Assembly: GCF_000281045.1 (NCBI RefSeq)
Contig: NW_008246069.1
Span: 168,122 to 232,121, forward strand
Source: Saprolegnia diclina VS20
Lineage: Eukaryota
Direction of reading: 5' to 3'
Length of the DNA stretch: 64,000 nucleotides
Part shown: piece after piece, positions 58,621 through 64,000 of the stretch
Position numbering within the stretch: position 1 is the stretch's first letter
How the letters are laid out: every line of letters begins with the position of its first letter
The notes under the pieces: generated by a model
Seen by the model: the letters and a program-made list of their open reading frames with translations, nothing else
Databases searched by the model: none
Told to the model about the DNA's origin: nothing
Program-made: the position numbers and the translations under genes

Positions 58621-60255
58621 TTAATAATGATAGTCCATGCGGTAAAAGGGTCGGGCGCTCGCCAGAAAATCGTACGAGCACGAGAGCGCGATCTGCAAAA
58701 GCACGTCACTGCCGTCCGTGACGTGGAGGCGCTGCTTGTGGAAGGCGGCGTCCGAGACGGACAGCGTCGCGGTCACGAGAAGGTCGCCGTGGTCGCTGCC
58801 GCTGACGACGGATCCGACAAGGTACCGGTGCTGGCCGTGGATGACCGTGTTGGAGAACACAAACGACGTCGTGAGCTTGCCTTGGGTCACGAGCTCCGAC
58901 ATGAGGATGAACTGGTAGCCCCTTCGCCACGACTTGCGGAACATGCCGACGACTTCTTCGGCGCCGGACGGCACGACGCGCGAGACGACGATCATCGGCT
59001 GGTTGGCGCCATATCGCTTGAGCGCCATGGTCATGAGCCCGCGGTTGGACGCGTCGGCCAAGACCCACTTGGTCTTGGTCGCGCGCTTCACAGTGAAGAG
59101 CGGGCGGCAGCCAAACCCGAGGATCGTGCAGAGCGCATAGTTGGTGCTGGACGTGAGCTGCTCCTTATCGAGCGTGAAGAGACAGTCCGTATACAAGGCG
59201 AGCATGCACTGAGTACGGAGCATGTCCATGCACAAGACTTCCTCGACCTTGGCGTCGTGGTCGTCGTCGTCGCTCGACCGCGTCGCGATCTGGCGCGGCC
59301 GGCAGTGCACGTGCTCACCAAAGAGCGCAATAGCCTCGACGTACACGTCGCACAAGCACTCTTGGAGCTCGTCGAACGTGTCGGTCGCGTCCGACATGAC
59401 GCCGTCGTTGTCATCGAACGAGTCGGTCTCCGTCTTTGTCCTTGTCTTGGACTTCTTGGGCGACGTCGTCGTCTCGCGGTCCTTGGCGAGGACGGCGACA
59501 AGCTCTTCGTGGAGGAGGGTGTTGGTCTGGCACCCGACCAGATCCTGGTACGCGCGCTCGGTCGCGATCTCTGGAAGTTGCGAAATGGCGTGGAGGCAGC
59601 CCATGACCTCTTCCGACATGCGCTCGAGGGATGCAATTGCGCGCCGCATGGAGCTAGCGTTGATGCAAATGAGAATGCGAATGTGGAACCGCCGAACGCG
59701 TACCCTTTGAACGACTCTTCGACGTATTTCGAGTGCACGGCGTCGACGTAGAGCGGCCCGAGCTTCTCGTCGGCCAGCAGCGCCTTCTGGTACGCGCGGT
59801 ACTCGTTCCACGCGCACTTGAACTGGTGCGACACGTTGTTGACCGTGATGATGTACGTAAATGGCACCGCCCACATCGTCGACGACGTCGGCGCCGCGCG
59901 CATTTGCTTTTGCTCAATGCGAATCGGCTCGGGCTTGGTCCACGAGCCCTTGTGGCGGTAGCTCTCTACGACGTACGATGAGCGCATTGCGTAAGTGGCC
60001 TCACACGGACGCACCCGAGAGGCCATCTTTGGTCGCGTGCGTTGGACAGACATAGAGTGGCATGATGAACCAGTCGTCGAACGGAATCGTGAGCGTGTCG
60101 AGCTTTGGGGACGCCTTCTCGGCCGAGGACGGCTCCGACTGCGACCGCGTGGCCGCCTTGAGCTGCTTCCCGCGCCGGACCGGCACGTCGAGGCTCGTCG
60201 GCGTGAGCGCAATGAGGCTCGTCATCGGCGCTCGGACGTCGCCAGCTGCGAACAT
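58621..60255 (-). CDS. Hypothetical protein, possibly PX-like plus C-terminal Tubby/LURP-like domain
   Basis: Coding-like exons with short introns. The C-terminal beta-rich region ends in a buried-helix pattern (TDGSDVLLQIALSCSYD). Domain calls are tentative. Confidence 0.6.
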
Positions 60256-61963
60256 GCTGCTGCCGAGGTAATCTGCCAAAGTGGCAGGCGCCCAGAAACT
60301 AGGCCACAATCTTTCCCGCTTGGTGAGTAACCCAAGTGCAACCTGGCTCCCACTCTGTTTTCGCACCAATCACAGCCCGTCATTCCGTTACACCGTGTCC
60401 TGATTGGCCACTGTGTCTCACGTCGCGTCAGAGGGCCCATAGAAAGTCCAAGATATCCATGGTCCGAATTCCGAGTGCCTAATTAGGACATAAAGCTGTG
60501 GGAAATGACGCATTTCGCACAGCCAAATGATGCGCGACGTTGAAGACGACACTATATTGTAACGTCAAGTAGTGTGACTGCAAACGACGTCGATGTGGGC
60601 AGGGCGCCACCGATAGCTGCAACAAGGACACGATGGCGATGTGGCCATAAGCAAAAGTGATCGGAGCTGGCGTCATCTCCAGCTTGGACTGGCCCCATTT
60701 TCGTGCAAGCAAAGCGACGCAGTTGCGGCCAAGTGGGTGCGATGCGTCGAGGTTCGAAAACACATGCACAGCACATCGAAGCACCGCGCCGAGTACTCGG
60801 TGGCTTTTGGCGGCGTGGTTGGGAGCGCCGCCAGAGTACGAGCGCTGCCGACATATTTATTCAAGCTCGGTATTGGCAACGCAACATGACGCAGCGCGTA
60901 CATACACTGTCCAAGCATGGTGAATAGCGTGTCATCGCTTGGTCTGACGAGTTGGAATGTTGGTACTTGGAAGAAACGGCTTCAAGGTCGTAGTCGCAAG
61001 CAAGGAAGCCATTCGCCTCCTTGCACGCTTGTACTGGCGCCGTGCGAGCTGAGAGTGCTTGCAGGAGGACATTGGGCTTGCCTCCACAACGTTGAACAGT
61101 GCATGCTCCGCTGCAGAAATCGGCGCTCGGTTCCGCGCTGGCTCGATGACATCCTTTCAGCTGCGCATGGCGCCAGTGCACGAGACAAAACGTCCCGAGT
61201 GTTCGTGTCACTTGCACTCACTTGCCCTGCATCCAAGCACGACGAGCTGAGCTCGCTTGAAGGCAAGTCACAAAGGTGTTGCTCCAAATATACACTATTT
61301 CAAGCCTTTGGTCGGATTCTCCACGTGCAGAATACGGTGAAGAACGCGGGATGAAGCCATGGCGCTTTCAGTGAGTAATTCAAGGCGACGCAGAGTGCGA
61401 CGCGGGTCTCATCAGAGTCTCAGACGCACCACCACGTAGCGTTTCTGCATCGGCGCCGCCTCTCATAGCCGTCACCCGACTGTGCAGCAGCAGCAGCAGA
61501 AGTCGCCCTCGCCTGCCACGAGGTTGCATCTCAGATCCTCTTCTCAACTCGCAGCGTGTTCAAGCTGAGAATGTATTGAGCAACAGATATGGGTGGTCAA
61601 GTAGCTTGCTGCACGCTGCTCATTGCCACCGAGTTGCTCTTGAATCTCGCGTCCTTTCGCCTTTCAAGATACGGTTTATTAATATTCGCCTGGATATGAA
61701 CAATATACACAGTACAAGTGGTTTTGAGATCTCTATCGACAGCTGGAATATTATTTTGATGCAAAGACAGGGAATCTTTCGTCGGCATCTGATTGGTTAA
61801 AAATAGGCACGTCGAGATTCGCTGCCGGTTTTTTCGAGCGCTGGGAATAAAACGCGCAAATAAACGTCTTTTTATTATTTTAATGCGTCGAAATTGTCGA
61901 AATTCGAGAACCCTGCATTTTATTACACACATTGGTGAAGAGAAGAGTGTCGGTCGACATTAA

Positions 61964-62266
61964 ATGGTGGGCGGCGGTTTAAAATGAACACTTTGCATCT
62001 TCCCAGCACGGTCCAGCACCATGATGAAGAAGCCGAGCAGCGCCAAGAGCCAAGCGCGCCCGAAGCACGTGGAGCGCCAAGGTCACCTCTCGGCGACGCG
62101 CCGCGACGCGACCCCGAAGCGCACGCCGCTGCAGCTAGCGCCCTCGGCGCGCGCGGGGAACGCCACTTATTTATTGGCCAAGGGCCCCGATGGCACGCGT
62201 GGCTTCTACAGCCGCAGCCAAAAGCTCAGTATCCACGCCCACGAGTTTGTGCCCAACTCGCGCTAA
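61964..62266 (+). CDS. Small basic protein with SUZ-C-like and PAM2-like motifs
   Basis: AKGPDGTRGF (SUZ-C-like) and KLSIHAHEFVP (PAM2-like). Start is either ATG 61964 plus a short intron or ATG 62021. Confidence 0.7.
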
Positions 62267-62387
62267 CCGTCCATCCACCTCGCTCACGGCGTGTGCCCAT
62301 CGCTCTCTCAACTTATTGTCATAAACATCAACATGGATCGGCCCTTTATGGCCACACGATGCATTCACGAGAGATCTTGCGTGCTCG

Positions 62388-63683
62388 CTATTCGGTGTCG
62401 GAGTGGTGGATCGTCGGCAGATCACGCAGCGACTTGGTCGCGGACCCGCGCTTCTTGGGCTGCTGCTGGCTGCTGTGCGGGCTCCACCCGATAAAGTAGA
62501 TGACCTAGACGCGCCATGATGGCCACGACGATGCTCAGCCGCGTACCTGAAACGTCACTGGAATCGAGCCGTCTTCATTGCCGTACATGGTCTGGTAGAT
62601 GGAGGCCGCCGCGAGGAGCGTGTCGCGCGACGGCGCAATCGCCGACGACGAGAACGGCGCGTTGTTCTCGGCCATGCCCTGGAGATGCTCCATCAAGACA
62701 AACGCGTCCGGGTACTCGACCGTGATGTAGTCCGTGTCGACTAGTGTACATCAGACATGTTGTCACTACTGCTTTGTACCGGTCGGCAGCGTAAAGCCCG
62801 CGCTTTGAAGCAAGTTGCCGGCGTCGGCGACGTTGACAAACGGCGAAATGTGCGGAAGGATGCCGCCCTTGCGCTCTTGGTCAGCCAGAATGAACGAGCT
62901 CCTACGGACAATATCCGTGTGGATATATCGCACTCGATCGGCGCTCGTATTACCGAAGCTCGCAGAGGCTGTCGCCCCCGAGGACGGCGCCGAGGAAGAC
63001 ACCGTCCGGCTTCAACGTCTCGAGCACTTGCGTGAACGTGCTCGGAAGGTCGTTGACCCAATGCAAGTTGCACGAGCTAATGACGAGGTCGAAGTGGTGA
63101 CGCGGGAACGGCAGGAACTCTTCGTCGCCGCAAATGTGTTCGGTGGGCACTAGAAGCAGCGTCAGAGACAAAGCGTGCAGCCTCCGAGAGGTACACTTGG
63201 CATTGCGCGCCGTCTCCTCGGGCGTCTGAACGTCGCGCAGCAGCAAGTCCTCTAACCCATTCATAAAGCTTTGCGATCACAACCATTTTGCGCACCGGCA
63301 AACTCAAACTGGAGCAGCTTCTTGATGCCACCGAGGCCGGCGTCGGGCGCGAGCGACTTGTAGATGTGGCCGCTGCCCGCGCCGAGGTCGAGAGCAAGCG
63401 GGAATTCGCGGTCAATGTCCTACGCCCATGTATCGCTTGACGCGTCGTCTCGTTCATGGACCAGCCTACCTCAAGACGGTCCACGAGGCGTCGAGCGACC
63501 TCTTCGCGGAGGTACTCGTACTCGGTGCTGTTGGCAAGCTGCGCCACATTGTTGCGTTGCTGGCGCTTCATCGCTACGCGCCTTCATGGAGCACGGAGCG
63601 GCCATGCAGCATGGCGTACCTCGGTTGAAGACTTGCATCGACATGCTCCGGCGCCCCATGGCGCTCCGGACGGCTTGCAGCAT
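62388..63683 (-). CDS. NDUFAF5: Mitochondrial complex I assembly factor NDUFAF5
   Basis: [89 protein letters not shown]...KRGSA. Confidence 0.93.
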
Positions 63684-64000
63684 GGCTGGAAATCACGAGC
63701 CGGCGATGATTGGACTCGTGTTAAGTGCGATTCGAACTTTACCCGTTCGCTCCCCTTGGCGCAAGAAGCCACGCGAAGCCTCGACGACCACCCCAAGCAT
63801 CCTCTCGTCTGCAGGGAGCGTAGAGATCGCCACGTAAGCAACTGCTTGACACGCCAAGGACAAGCTTATCTTGCTTGTATCATACGGTATTGCTGAGTAT
63901 TGCCAACCATTGCGATGAAGACGTCGAGAAATTGTACTCAGCATGTTCCTCATGGCTTCTTCATGCGCTACCGACTCGGCCATGGTGACGACGTTCGTTC

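Noticed and set aside
1..64000. tRNA or rRNA genes, prokaryotic operons or defence systems
   Set aside because: None recognised; the sequence is spliceosomal-intron-rich eukaryotic DNA.

Overview
Eukaryotic, GC-rich, compact genomic DNA with many short (~40-55 nt) GT-AG introns, oomycete-type Inr/FPR promoter motifs and gene families that look like a Saprolegniales water mould (inference). There are three N-gaps. Two gene-dense core blocks flank an accessory island. The left block (1-29.6 kb) holds a thioredoxin-like/TPR/methyltransferase fusion, a TRF4-like nucleotidyltransferase, an LCMT1-GNAT fusion, cysteine synthase, an inositol transporter, a head-to-head AlkB/MGMT pair, DUSP12, HROB, malate synthase, HELLS, a bacterial-like GNAT and a divergent eEF2 with an altered diphthamide loop. 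The right block (51-64 kb) holds INTS7, a PDZ protein, NIT2, a small SUZ-C/PAM2 protein and NDUFAF5. The island (~30-50.4 kb) holds a four-copy tandem family of multi-pass membrane genes, a long foldback repeat and a PIF/Harbinger derivative. It also holds a decaying array in which F-box-like/RNI-LRR genes (- strand) alternate with an unrecognised small family (+ strand: ~55-aa helical domain, ELERQR coiled-coil repeats, C-terminal membrane anchor). This two-gene module is the best candidate for an undescribed system. All gene models were spliced by eye and no database searches were run.
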